A stretch of 64,000 bases of DNA from Candidatus Moraniibacteriota bacterium (GTDB lineage: Bacteria; Patescibacteriota; Minisyncoccia; Moranbacterales; UBA1568). The position numbers and the translations under genes were made by a program. The stretch lies in assembly GCA_016699425.1 (NCBI GenBank), contig CP064975.1:654098-718097 (forward strand), in the 5' to 3' direction. Numbering within the stretch: the first letter of the stretch is position 1; each line of letters begins with the position of its first letter. Shown here in pieces: positions 37,563-46,786 of this stretch. Below the pieces are notes generated by a model that was given only the letters and a program-made list of their open reading frames with translations, did not search any database and was not told where the DNA came from.

Positions 37563-38624
37563 TTACGGATACCGTCGGAAGAGTTCTTTGCCTTTTTCCC
37601 AAACCGCCGGCGAATCTTTTTTGGTTTTCAGCCAATACCACCACTCCCCGCCCCAGAGATAGATGTCCTCGAACCCGACGCGCCTCGCATAGGTGACATT
37701 GTCCTCAAGCAGTTGCTCATTCATCGTGATGAATTGTTCTTCGAGCGGCACATTGGCGACCCACCCGGAAGCCCAGGGCTCAGCCTGGAGTTCGATAATT
37801 GAAAAGTGCCGCTGGTGCGTGAGGAGTCGGACGAGCTGTTCCTTCGCGCGGAAGAAATTCGGCCCGATTGGATACGTCACATAGCCGAGACGGCCCTTGT
37901 AAATCTTGCGATACATGGTCGTGCCGAACTGGTCGCCGCGTGCCGCCGCCCGATACCAGACCGAGAGTTCACCGCTATCCGTCAGGAGCACGGGCCGTGC
38001 TGGATCAAGTGACTTCACCAGTGCCACTTCCTCCTCGAGGAAAGCGACATCGAGCGGTGGGCATTCTCCGAAGAAAACGAGGAATGGCTCATTCTCCACC
38101 TGCCAGGTCGTAATGATCGAACGATCGCGATACCGCTCCACGGTTTCACGCATAAACGCCTTCAGAGCTGCCTGCCGATCAGCGTCCCCACGCGACTTCG
38201 CCCACCCAGGGATATGACACTCGGGCCAGCGCGGCACCCGCTGACCGATCGAGAGGATAACCGTAGCGCCGGATTCTTCGGCCACATCCAGCTGCCAGTC
38301 GACATCAGTATAGTCGCGTTTCCCCGGTTCGCGTTCGACGAGATCCCAGTACACTGGGAGACGGAGCCGCTTCACGCCGGCATCATCAAGCAACGCCCGA
38401 TACGTCTCTCGCCAATCCAGACCTAGATCCGTCGCATAGCGCGAGGAAAACGTCATACCGAGATGCACGTCTTCGCGCGGCGCCGGCCCAGGCAGATTGA
38501 AGTAGCCGAAGATGAGTCCGACAAGAAGTAAACATCCGAGCAAAGTATAACCAATTGTTTTGATGACACCCCACCAATGCGAATGCGTCGACTCAGACTG
38601 CGGATTCAGGAGTGTTTGATTCAT
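37563..38624 (-). CDS. Glycoside hydrolase, clan GH-A (GH5-like), N-terminally membrane anchored
   Basis: 'TTWQVENEPF' matches the acid/base NEP motif, and 'FSIIELQAEPW' is a candidate nucleophile strand. An N-terminal TM helix is present. Confidence 0.4.
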   Translation of the reverse strand: MNQTLLNPQSESTHSHWWGVIKTIGYTLLGCLLLVGLIFGYFNLPGPAPREDVHLGMTFSSRYATDLGLDWRETYRALLDDAGVKRLRLPVYWDLVEREPGKRDYTDVDWQLDVAEESGATVILSIGQRVPRWPECHIPGWAKSRGDADRQAALKAFMRETVERYRDRSIITTWQVENEPFLVFFGECPPLDVAFLEEEVALVKSLDPARPVLLTDSGELSVWYRAAARGDQFGTTMYRKIYKGRLGYVTYPIGPNFFRAKEQLVRLLTHQRHFSIIELQAEPWASGWVANVPLEEQFITMNEQLLEDNVTYARRVGFEDIYLWGGEWWYWLKTKKDSPAVWEKGKELFRRYP

Positions 38625-38633
38625 AGGGCTTGT

Positions 38634-39602
38634 CTAGAGGAAAAGAAAATCGACGCCCTGAGTCACCGCCAACCACATCCCGAGACCGATGAGAATAACG
38701 GCCACCCCTTTCTGGAACCAATCCCAGAAGTAGAGCTTTTCTCCAAATATCTTCGGGTAGCGGAATGCCAGAGGAATCGCGAGGATGAGCACGAACGCAT
38801 ACTGAACGCCGTTCAAGGCCTGGATGAAGGTCACTGGGCCGAGGAAGGTCGCATAGGTCAGGAAGAAAGAAGCCGCTGCACCAAAAATCTTGTTCAAGAT
38901 GAAAAGGATGCCAGTCGTCACATCACGCCGGTTCGACGACGAAAGACCGCGGGTATTGGCGAGGATAGCCCGACGATACTCGGGGATGATGAACAGACTG
39001 AAGCCGCCGATGATGAATCCCATCCGCGACCAGAGAAGACCGTTCACAAAATCCACATTATTGCGGTACCCGGTCTTCAGAAACAGAAGCGAGAGTGCCA
39101 TGAGCGCGCCGGCCAAGAGTGTCGACTTCATGAGCGCGTCATTTTTCTTGAGCGGCAAGTCGAAGGCGATAAAGAACGCGCCTGTCAGGAGAAGGAGAAG
39201 CGAGAGGAGGTGGCCTGGTGAAAACGATAGCGTCGCGGCTGGACCAAATGCGAGTGAAGCAACACCGGCAATGATGGAAATCGTGATGCCGACGAGCGGT
39301 GCGACCCGTGAGATCTCGCTTCGCTTGACCGCATTATAGAAAGCGACCAATCCGTAGAGGAACAACACTCCCGAGATGACGAACACGACCATGGTCTGCC
39401 AAGGGATCGGCTGATAACCGAAAGGGACAAGCACAATCGCAAAGAGCGAGAGGACGGAAACGAAAAAAGCATACACGACCGGCTCCTTGATCCGACCGGC
39501 GAGGAGAAACTTGTCGAAGAGCGCCGTAACGGCATTGAAGAAATAGCCCGCAAGCGCAAAAGTGAGCCAGTGCATGAGGATTTGTTTTCTCAAGTATACC
39601 AC
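38634..39602 (-). CDS. Multi-TM membrane protein, DMT/EamA-like transporter
   Basis: ~10 hydrophobic segments with a two-repeat organisation. No specific motif. Confidence 0.35.
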   Translation of the reverse strand: MVYLRKQILMHWLTFALAGYFFNAVTALFDKFLLAGRIKEPVVYAFFVSVLSLFAIVLVPFGYQPIPWQTMVVFVISGVLFLYGLVAFYNAVKRSEISRVAPLVGITISIIAGVASLAFGPAATLSFSPGHLLSLLLLLTGAFFIAFDLPLKKNDALMKSTLLAGALMALSLLFLKTGYRNNVDFVNGLLWSRMGFIIGGFSLFIIPEYRRAILANTRGLSSSNRRDVTTGILFILNKIFGAAASFFLTYATFLGPVTFIQALNGVQYAFVLILAIPLAFRYPKIFGEKLYFWDWFQKGVAVILIGLGMWLAVTQGVDFLFL

Positions 39603-39678
39603 CCCTGCCAGACCACTGGCGGGGGTAATACCCCACTTCTCAGCCTAGCAGTGCGATAACCGAGTCTGTCGTCCAGTA

Positions 39679-40434
39679 CTATTTCCGTGCAATGGCGCGG
39701 AAGTAGAGGTCAACGTCCGAGATCCACTTCCGGACGCTTTCGGGTGAATGACCCGCACAAGATGATCCACATTTCCAAATAACCAGATTTGCCGGTTCGC
39801 TCGTCTGACGAAGGGCCGTGAGTTCTTGGAGCCGACCGCCGATAGCGTGCACCGCCTCGGCTGATTCGCCGAAACAGCCATGTCCCATCGCGATGCCACG
39901 CGCACCCGCACCCTTGTAGCCCCAGTAATTGAAACAGTCATCGCCCGATGCTGTCCGTGGCACCCGTTTCCCCCAATTACTCTCTTTCTTGGCGATCCCA
40001 ACGATGAGACCGGCGATATCCCGATCGTACTCGGCAATCACCGGGACCATCGCTTCAATCGGGTATCCCGACACGATTGCCCGGAGTTCAGCTTCAAAGG
40101 AAGCCTTCTCACCGCTCGGGGGCATGTCCCGCTCTGCCTGATCAGAAGCGACTGTCACAGCCCGTCGGAAAGCCGCCTCACAGGGATTGGTCTCAACCTT
40201 ATCTGCTTTCGGGGCCTTGGCAAAGAAGTGATAGTCCCGCTGCCAATCGCACAGGCTCGCACGAGACAAAGGGTCATCAGACTGCGCCTCCGAACCCGAA
40301 TCGCTCGCTCCATCTGCTGTCTGGCCGAGGGAAAGGAAGAGTACTCCGACGAGACTGAGTGTCTGGCATGATCGCAGGATCCGGCCGCGCTTGTGTCGTC
40401 GCCTACCCATCGAAACCAGCTGGGGAATTCGCAT
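39679..40434 (-). CDS. Secreted/membrane-anchored protein of unknown function; paralog of 40644..41633
   Basis: Its C-terminal 140 aa align with the neighbour at roughly 50-55% identity (by-eye estimate): 'KESNWGKRVP...DCFNYWGY(K/R)G...GHGCF...IWKCGSSCAGHSPESVRKWISDVDLYF'. An N-terminal signal/TM segment is present. Confidence 0.45.
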   Translation of the reverse strand: MRIPQLVSMGRRRHKRGRILRSCQTLSLVGVLFLSLGQTADGASDSGSEAQSDDPLSRASLCDWQRDYHFFAKAPKADKVETNPCEAAFRRAVTVASDQAERDMPPSGEKASFEAELRAIVSGYPIEAMVPVIAEYDRDIAGLIVGIAKKESNWGKRVPRTASGDDCFNYWGYKGAGARGIAMGHGCFGESAEAVHAIGGRLQELTALRQTSEPANLVIWKCGSSCAGHSPESVRKWISDVDLYFRAIARK

Positions 40435-40564
40435 AGAATATCGTTAGAAATTATGCCCTTTTCCGGAATATCCCGCTTGGGACGCAAGCCTGAGAATAGC
40501 ATTTTTACACGCCTCGGTCAAAGCTTTTGTCCCAGAAATGAGCTCATTTATGGCTTTTATAAAG

Positions 40565-40590
40565 GATAAAACCGCCTCAAAGGGCGGCCG
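40565..40590 (-). terminator. Rho-independent terminator after gene 40644..41633
   Basis: On the minus strand, the hairpin CCGCCCTTTGAGGCGG is followed by TTTTATCC. Confidence 0.45.
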
Positions 40591-40643
40591 ATATCACACA
40601 ATACGAAAATGCCGTGTCAAGGGTTTTGTGAGCCCCCACTATA

Positions 40644-41633
40644 CTACTCAAGCGGACCGCCCTCAGCTTGGTTCAATTCCTTGAAATACATGTCCACGTC
40701 GGCGATCCACTTCCGGACACTCTCCCGGCTATGGCCGTCACAGCTATAGCCACATTTCCAGATAATCATCTTGGCCGGAGTATCGATCTTGGATGAATAG
40801 ATAAGAGACTCGATCCGAAGCGCAACCGTGTCGACGGCATCCTTACGACTATTGAAGCAGGTGTGTCCACCCGTTCCCATGAGCCGCCGCACCCCCCGAT
40901 ACCCCCAATAATTGAAGCAGTCCTGACCGTCCAAGACTGGCACCCGCTTCCCCCAATTACTCTCTTTCTTGCCGATGCCAATGAGGAAGGCCGCAACAAT
41001 TCGATCCTTCTCGAGGATATAGGGTAACATGTCTTCAATCGGATACCCCTTCACCAATTCATGAATCTGATCACTGTACTCTTCCTTTTCTGCCTCGCTG
41101 AAAAATTGGAGGAAGAGATCATCATTCGGATCATACTTCTTCTTCTCTTCGGAGACTTCGTTCGCTATTTTGTCTGATTCGTCCGTCGCGACTGCCACCA
41201 CCGCCGGAGCTGGTGAGCCTGCATTCGCCTCATCCGCTCCGATATCCTTGATGACTGACATCGACACCATGCCAAAGCTCACGCCCGCAAAGAGTGAAGC
41301 ATAGAGTGCTTTCTTGGGCGACAAATTTCCCGGTGCTGGCAGCCAGCGACCCAAGCGCCGACTGAAACGACGTGACACGACAAAGACCCGCCGAAACAGC
41401 ATCAGTTTCTTCCACTTGCGTTGGAACCCGAAAAAACTCTCGCGCGCGCCAGTGTGTTCCTTCAAAAGTACCGCGTCAAGCTGTCGCCGGGCGCGAATCA
41501 TCGCCGGTGAGACGAGTGGGCGAGGCGCCAAACCCGGCCGCGGTGAGCGGTATTCATGACCATGAGCGACGCCATCGAACAGCATCTTGGCGTGCGATAT
41601 TGATTTTGCTTTGGGCGGAAAAATTTCACGCAT
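40644..41633 (-). CDS. Secreted/membrane-anchored protein of unknown function; paralog of 39679..40434
   Basis: Shares the conserved C-terminal domain 'KKESNWGKRVP..DGQDCFNYWGYRG...GGHTCF...IWKCGYSCDGHSRESVRKWIADVDMYF' with the neighbour at 39679..40434. Confidence 0.45.
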   Translation of the reverse strand: MREIFPPKAKSISHAKMLFDGVAHGHEYRSPRPGLAPRPLVSPAMIRARRQLDAVLLKEHTGARESFFGFQRKWKKLMLFRRVFVVSRRFSRRLGRWLPAPGNLSPKKALYASLFAGVSFGMVSMSVIKDIGADEANAGSPAPAVVAVATDESDKIANEVSEEKKKYDPNDDLFLQFFSEAEKEEYSDQIHELVKGYPIEDMLPYILEKDRIVAAFLIGIGKKESNWGKRVPVLDGQDCFNYWGYRGVRRLMGTGGHTCFNSRKDAVDTVALRIESLIYSSKIDTPAKMIIWKCGYSCDGHSRESVRKWIADVDMYFKELNQAEGGPLE

Positions 41634-41637
41634 GGAT

Positions 41638-42015
41638 TCAGATACCAGCTTTTTGTTTGAAGAATCCGATCACATCCGGCGTCCCGACCAGACATTTCCC
41701 TTCTGAGAAGACGAAGGGAACAGCAATCTTCGTCGTGTCCAAGGCACAGATTCCCGCCGCCTCACGCATCAATCGGGCATTGGACTGATCGCTCCACACT
41801 TCACGCTTCACAAAGCTGAACTTGCTCGCAATATCATTCTCATCGAGGAATTTCTGAACATCCCGACAGTGTGGACAGGTCTCTCCATAGAAATAGGTCG
41901 TCACTGTCTGATCCAAGGATGGTTTCGACTGGTCTTCATACACTCCCCACCAGATGAGAGCACCGATGAGTACAACCAAACCAAGCGCGAGCGCGATGCT
42001 GTGTTTCTTCTCCAT
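41638..42015 (-). CDS. Membrane-anchored thioredoxin/glutaredoxin-like protein (CPHC active site)
   Basis: An N-terminal TM helix, then 'YFYGETCPHCRDVQKFLDENDI', a CxxC thioredoxin-fold motif. Confidence 0.5.
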   Translation of the reverse strand: MEKKHSIALALGLVVLIGALIWWGVYEDQSKPSLDQTVTTYFYGETCPHCRDVQKFLDENDIASKFSFVKREVWSDQSNARLMREAAGICALDTTKIAVPFVFSEGKCLVGTPDVIGFFKQKAGI

Positions 42016-42030
42016 AGGTATTTGTTACCC

Positions 42031-42855
42031 CTAGTATACCACGCGTTTCCGAGTAACGAGGAGGACGATGCTTCCGAGGAGTGCCATCGCGACCGAGAGC
42101 GCCTGACCAGTAGTCAAGACTCCATATACCAGGTTCCCCTCGAGCGGCAAGGCCCGGTAGTATTCGGCGCCGTACCGGATACCAGCATACAGGAAGAGGA
42201 AAAGGGCGGTGATTCGTCCTGGACGGCTCGCTTGTCGGCTCAAGACAGCCAGCAGGAGGAAAAGAAGCACCCCCTCGAACGCGGCTTCATAGAGTGTCAC
42301 CGGATGGAGCAAGAGCGACCCTGATCCAGGAAAATGCATCCCCCAAGGTAGGGCCGACGGGCGGCCGAGGATTTCCTGATTGAGAAAGTTCCCAATCCGA
42401 CCAAAGAAGATCGCGATTGGCACCGCCTGAACGAGCACATCCGAAAACCGGAGGAACTCACGCCTTGCTTCACGAGTAAACATAAAGAGTCCGATGGCTC
42501 CCCCGATGAGTCCACCGTGGAAACTCATCCCCCGGATACCGACCCATGCATCCTGTCCGAAATCATAAGGCAGGATAATCCGCCACGGTTCCTGGATGAA
42601 GTCCGATCCACCATAAAAGGCAACGTATCCGAGACGGGCACCAATGAGTACACCCCAGAGGACACTGACAATGACTTCGACGGTCGCATCCGCATCGACG
42701 AGCAAGCCCCGCCGACGAGCCAGCTTCACAAAATACAGCGCGGAAAACAAGACCCCCGCAATATACATGACCGCATACCAGGTCACCGGCAACCCGCCGA
42801 TACGCACGACAACTGGGTCGATCGAAAGTGGCAGTGACTGCCACAGGGCGGCCAT
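42031..42855 (-). CDS. lgt: Prolipoprotein diacylglyceryl transferase
   Basis: 'YAVMYIAGVLF' matches the Lgt N-terminus, and 'FFGRIGNFLNQEILGRP' is the Lgt signature G(R)xGNFxNxE. Confidence 0.8.
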   Translation of the reverse strand: MAALWQSLPLSIDPVVVRIGGLPVTWYAVMYIAGVLFSALYFVKLARRRGLLVDADATVEVIVSVLWGVLIGARLGYVAFYGGSDFIQEPWRIILPYDFGQDAWVGIRGMSFHGGLIGGAIGLFMFTREARREFLRFSDVLVQAVPIAIFFGRIGNFLNQEILGRPSALPWGMHFPGSGSLLLHPVTLYEAAFEGVLLFLLLAVLSRQASRPGRITALFLFLYAGIRYGAEYYRALPLEGNLVYGVLTTGQALSVAMALLGSIVLLVTRKRVVY

Positions 42856-42858
42856 AGA

Positions 42859-43919
42859 CTAATCGTTATTATATTCTGCGAGCTGCCCCTTGAATTCGAT
42901 CGCATAGATCTCACCGAGCGCCATAAACAGTGAGACAATGATAGGACCAATGATGAAGCCCGGCAGTCCGAAGAGTGAGATACCGCCCAAGGTGGCAAAA
43001 AATATCATCAACGGATGCATCTGCGTGTCCTTGCCGACGAGTTTCGGACGGAGAATATTATCAATCAGCGAGATAACACCAAAGCCGACGATGAGGAGGA
43101 ACACCCCTTGCCAGACCTGCCCCATGAGGAGGAGAATGATACCCGCCGGGAGCCAAACCAGGGCCGAACCGACCAACGGGATGATGGAGAGCAGGATCAT
43201 GAGAAGTCCCCAGATAGCCGGCGATGGGACACCGACGATCCAAAAGGCGAGCCCCCGAGGAGGCCTTGGATCGCACCGACCACCAGCGTCCCCTTGAGCG
43301 TCGCGCGACTGATCGAGATGAATTTCGAAGCGAGCAATGTCTCATGCTCGGTCTTCAAGGGCGACAGTTGAATAAGACGGTGGAAGGCACGATCGCCATC
43401 GATCAGGAAGTAGAACAGCGTGAAGAACATGACGAAAACCCAGAACACAAAATGGGTCACGCTCTGATACGCTGTCTGAAGCAATCCCAAGGCGTTCTGG
43501 CTGAATTGCTGGATATCTTCCATGACGCTTTCTGTGGTGAAGGCAGAATCCTTGAAGACGATCTGGCCGAACGATGTTTCTTGAACCGTCTGCACTCCGA
43601 TTTCAACAACGCTCGAGAACGAACGTTCCTCGGCGATGGCGTGGTACAGGTGATTCGCCTCTGCCACCGCGAGCGAGAGCACCGAGAGCACCGGGGTCAC
43701 GATGATCACGCCAACCAAGAGACAAGTCAGAAATGAGGCGCTCCCCGGCTGTCCCGGGATCATCCGGAGAAGCGTCTGATAGGCGGGACGGAAGAGAACG
43801 GAAAGAATTGCCGCCGCGACAATCGCTGTCAGAAACGGCTGGAAAATGAAAAACACCGTCACGCCCACGAGAAGCATGATGAGGAAGAAAAAGTAGACAT
43901 TGAGATGACGGACCTGCAT
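42859..43919 (-). pseudogene. AI-2E family transporter (PerM/YhhT-like), split by a frameshift near 43200-43260
   Basis: The upstream ORF (43197..43919) ends in '...TLKGTLVVGAIQGLLGGSPFGSSVSHRRLSGDFS*', where the junk tail begins after the conserved QGLLGG. The downstream ORF (42859..43200), in another frame, continues the family sequence 'ILLSIIPLVGSALVWLPAGIILL...PGFIIGPIIVSLFMALGEIY'. Confidence 0.5.
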
Positions 43920-43989
43920 AGAGTTCGACGCGTAACTACCATCCCCAGTATAGCGGAGAATGCACTCTAAGAAAACCGATGCCGGATGT

Positions 43990-45054
43990 TCAATACTTCT
44001 GTGCTATTTCAGTTGCAGCGAAGGCGCGAAATGCCGGCTGACCGAGCAAGATCTGAGCGTGGACGAAGATCTTCGGCTGCTGACCCTCGACGCGTTTCGC
44101 ATGCGGCGGCCGGACAGCCAGTGTCAGTCCGTACTTTTCCAAAAAGAAAGCCTTGATCCCGGCGCGCGTATTGTAACCTATAGGGAGGACAAATGGCGCA
44201 TATACTGTCCGCTTCGAGGAATAGTAGACCCGGTGTCTATCATGCAGGATGACGACCGCTTCCGCTCTTGCCCAATCCTGCCGGGGTAACGTTTTCCCTG
44301 CCGTCTTTCTCTTCTCTTGTTTTCCGCCTTCTCGAGTGTAGAGACAACGGGATCGCAAGGGACATGCTTCACACTTTGGTCGAGCAACACAGAGCGCGCT
44401 GCCAAAGTCCATCAGTGCCGCATTCAACGATTTTCTCGAACTGGTAAACTTTGACTCAAAGTAGTTCGTATCAATCACCGCATTCCTATTTCCAAGAAAG
44501 AATCGCCCCACGACACGTTTCAGATTTGTGTCCCAAGCCAAATGCCGATCGCCATACGCGAAGCTCATGATTGCCGCCGCCGTATATGGTCCGATGCCTG
44601 GAAGTCCTCGCAAGGCTTCGACATCCCGAGGGAATTTCCCTTGATGCTTAGCGACGACTTCTTTGGCCGCGGAAAGCATGTTCCGGCCGCGGGCATAATA
44701 GCCCAGGCCTTCATAATACGGGAGGAATTCCTCCCAAGAGGCGGCTGCCAATGACTCGACCGTCGGAAAGCGCTCAAGGAAACGCGTGTAGTAGCCGATG
44801 ACGCGCGACACCTGCGTCTGCTGGAGCATGATCTCCGACACCCAGACTTCATACGCGGTGATCTTTGGGCGACGCCACGGCAAATGCTCCCGCCCAGCTT
44901 TCCGGAAGAAATCCATGAGTACTCGCTCAAAGAATGCAATTTTCTCTCGCCGGATTGACATAGTGTTCATGTCATTGTAGACTTTTTCTTCATGCCGAAC
45001 AAGGTATGAATGACCCAGCACCTTCCCATTCACTACTGCAGAGGAGACTCGCAT
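43990..45054 (-). CDS. mutY: A/G-specific adenine DNA glycosylase (MutY) / HhH-GPD family
   Basis: 'EIMLQQTQVSRVIGYYTRFLERFPT' and HhH-GPD 'LRGLPGIGPYTAAAIMSFAYG', plus the [4Fe-4S] loop 'CVARPKCEACPLRSRC'. The 354-aa length includes a MutY C-terminal domain. Confidence 0.7.
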   Translation of the reverse strand: MRVSSAVVNGKVLGHSYLVRHEEKVYNDMNTMSIRREKIAFFERVLMDFFRKAGREHLPWRRPKITAYEVWVSEIMLQQTQVSRVIGYYTRFLERFPTVESLAAASWEEFLPYYEGLGYYARGRNMLSAAKEVVAKHQGKFPRDVEALRGLPGIGPYTAAAIMSFAYGDRHLAWDTNLKRVVGRFFLGNRNAVIDTNYFESKFTSSRKSLNAALMDFGSALCVARPKCEACPLRSRCLYTREGGKQEKRKTAGKTLPRQDWARAEAVVILHDRHRVYYSSKRTVYAPFVLPIGYNTRAGIKAFFLEKYGLTLAVRPPHAKRVEGQQPKIFVHAQILLGQPAFRAFAATEIAQKY

Positions 45055-45551
45055 GCGCTACCGACCATTCCCTTCGTTCATCCGGGTCGTTCCTGGCCCA
45101 GGCGACGAAACCTACTTCGGACTCCAGGTCCCTCGTCAGCCCTGGCTACCACCAGGAGCAAAGAATATCGATGTTCTCCCAATGTCTTTTGTGGATCATC
45201 TACAGCTAGAAATCCGAACCGCGGCAGGTTCACATATGATTTCGCGAGACCAGTTCCACCAGCTGATGGTCACGGTGATCACAATCAGTAATAGGTTCTG
45301 TTCAGGGGTCGGGTACCCCTGCCATCTGGCAGTGATCGCGTCCGGTGAGATCGTCAACGATTTCGGAAGTCAGAGCGCGGCACAATTCTGTTCCAATGGA
45401 CTCGTCTTCGAAGTCAGCAGGCTCTGCATCGATCTGCTGCAGGAATACCTCCTGGTGCCAGAATATCCTTCTTCAGTAAACAGCGACGCAGAGAATCGTC
45501 TCTATGCCTCGTCCGTGGTGCTGAAAGATAGAGTCCTCCACCAGTTCGTCC

Positions 45552-46700
45552 TCAACCGCTGATCACGCCGCCGCCCAAACAATAGTCACCGCGGTAAAAT
45601 ACCGCATACTGCCCCGACGCCACCCCGGTGTCGGTTTCTTTTTGGAGAAACACTTCCAGCGTCTCAGTATCCTGCCACTGTACCTGACACTCGTATTCTT
45701 TCGGGCCATGGCGAAGCTTCACCGAGAGCTCGGCGCCATCTTCGGGCCATTCACCGAACCAATTCAGATCGCGGACCATAAAGGTAGCTCGCGCCCGCTC
45801 AGTCCGATGCTCGGCATGCGAGATACAGACGGTGTTTTTCTCTACGTCCTTGGCCACCACATACCAGGGTCCACCCGACAGCCCGATCCCCTCGCGTTGT
45901 CCGATGGTGAAGTACCAAAAGCCATGGTGCTCACCCAAGACTTTCCCCGTCTCGAACTCGACGAGCGGGCCTTTTTTTATTCCGAGATGGTGGCGAAGAA
46001 ATTCGTCGAACGGGATCTTGCCGAGGAAACAAATCCCCTGACTGTCACGGCGCTTGGCATTGGGAAGCTGGAATTTCTCGGCGAGCGCGCGCACCTGGGG
46101 CTTGGTATACTGGCCGATCGGAAACAGCGCCCGGGACAGCTGTGACTTCGACAGTTGAGAGAGAAAGTACGTCTGGTCCTTCACTGGATCAATGGCACGT
46201 TTCAAGAAACGGGTGGCCGGCCAGCTCGGCGTTCGCGTTGTGTCCGACCGCGAGCGTAAACGATCAGCGAAAGAAAACTGCGTGTTGAAATTGACCACGG
46301 CATCCGTCTGAGCATAGTGCCCGGTCGCGACTTTCGTATATCCATCCCCAATCGCGTCCCAGAACGCGCCGAACTTGATCCGCGCATTACAGAGCATATC
46401 CGGATTCGGCGTCCGACCAGCCTTCACCTCGCGGATCGCTTCTGCCACGACATACTCCCAATACTCCTTTTGAAGTGGCACGATTTCAAGCGACACACCG
46501 AGCTTTTCCGTCACCGCGCGGACATATGCTAGATCCTCTTCCCAGGGACAGTCCCCCAAGAAAGCCAGCTCGTCCTCGAGCCAGATCTTGATATAGAACG
46601 CGGTCACATCGAAACCCGCTTCCACCAGGAGTGCGAGCGCGACCGAACTATCCACGCCACCCGAAACCAGGACAGCGATTTTTTCCTTACTGTGATCCAT
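45552..46700 (-). CDS. mnmA: tRNA-specific 2-thiouridylase MnmA
   Basis: PP-loop 'KIAVLVSGGVDSSVALALL', 'ATGHYAQ' and the C-terminal MnmA domains. Confidence 0.85.
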   Translation of the reverse strand: MDHSKEKIAVLVSGGVDSSVALALLVEAGFDVTAFYIKIWLEDELAFLGDCPWEEDLAYVRAVTEKLGVSLEIVPLQKEYWEYVVAEAIREVKAGRTPNPDMLCNARIKFGAFWDAIGDGYTKVATGHYAQTDAVVNFNTQFSFADRLRSRSDTTRTPSWPATRFLKRAIDPVKDQTYFLSQLSKSQLSRALFPIGQYTKPQVRALAEKFQLPNAKRRDSQGICFLGKIPFDEFLRHHLGIKKGPLVEFETGKVLGEHHGFWYFTIGQREGIGLSGGPWYVVAKDVEKNTVCISHAEHRTERARATFMVRDLNWFGEWPEDGAELSVKLRHGPKEYECQVQWQDTETLEVFLQKETDTGVASGQYAVFYRGDYCLGGGVISG

Positions 46701-46786
46701 AGGAATCGTTGCCCGCGGAACAAGAACAAGCTCTAAGTCTAAGGGGTGTCCCGAGACCCGTCAGCCTATCAGAATCATGTGAGAAA

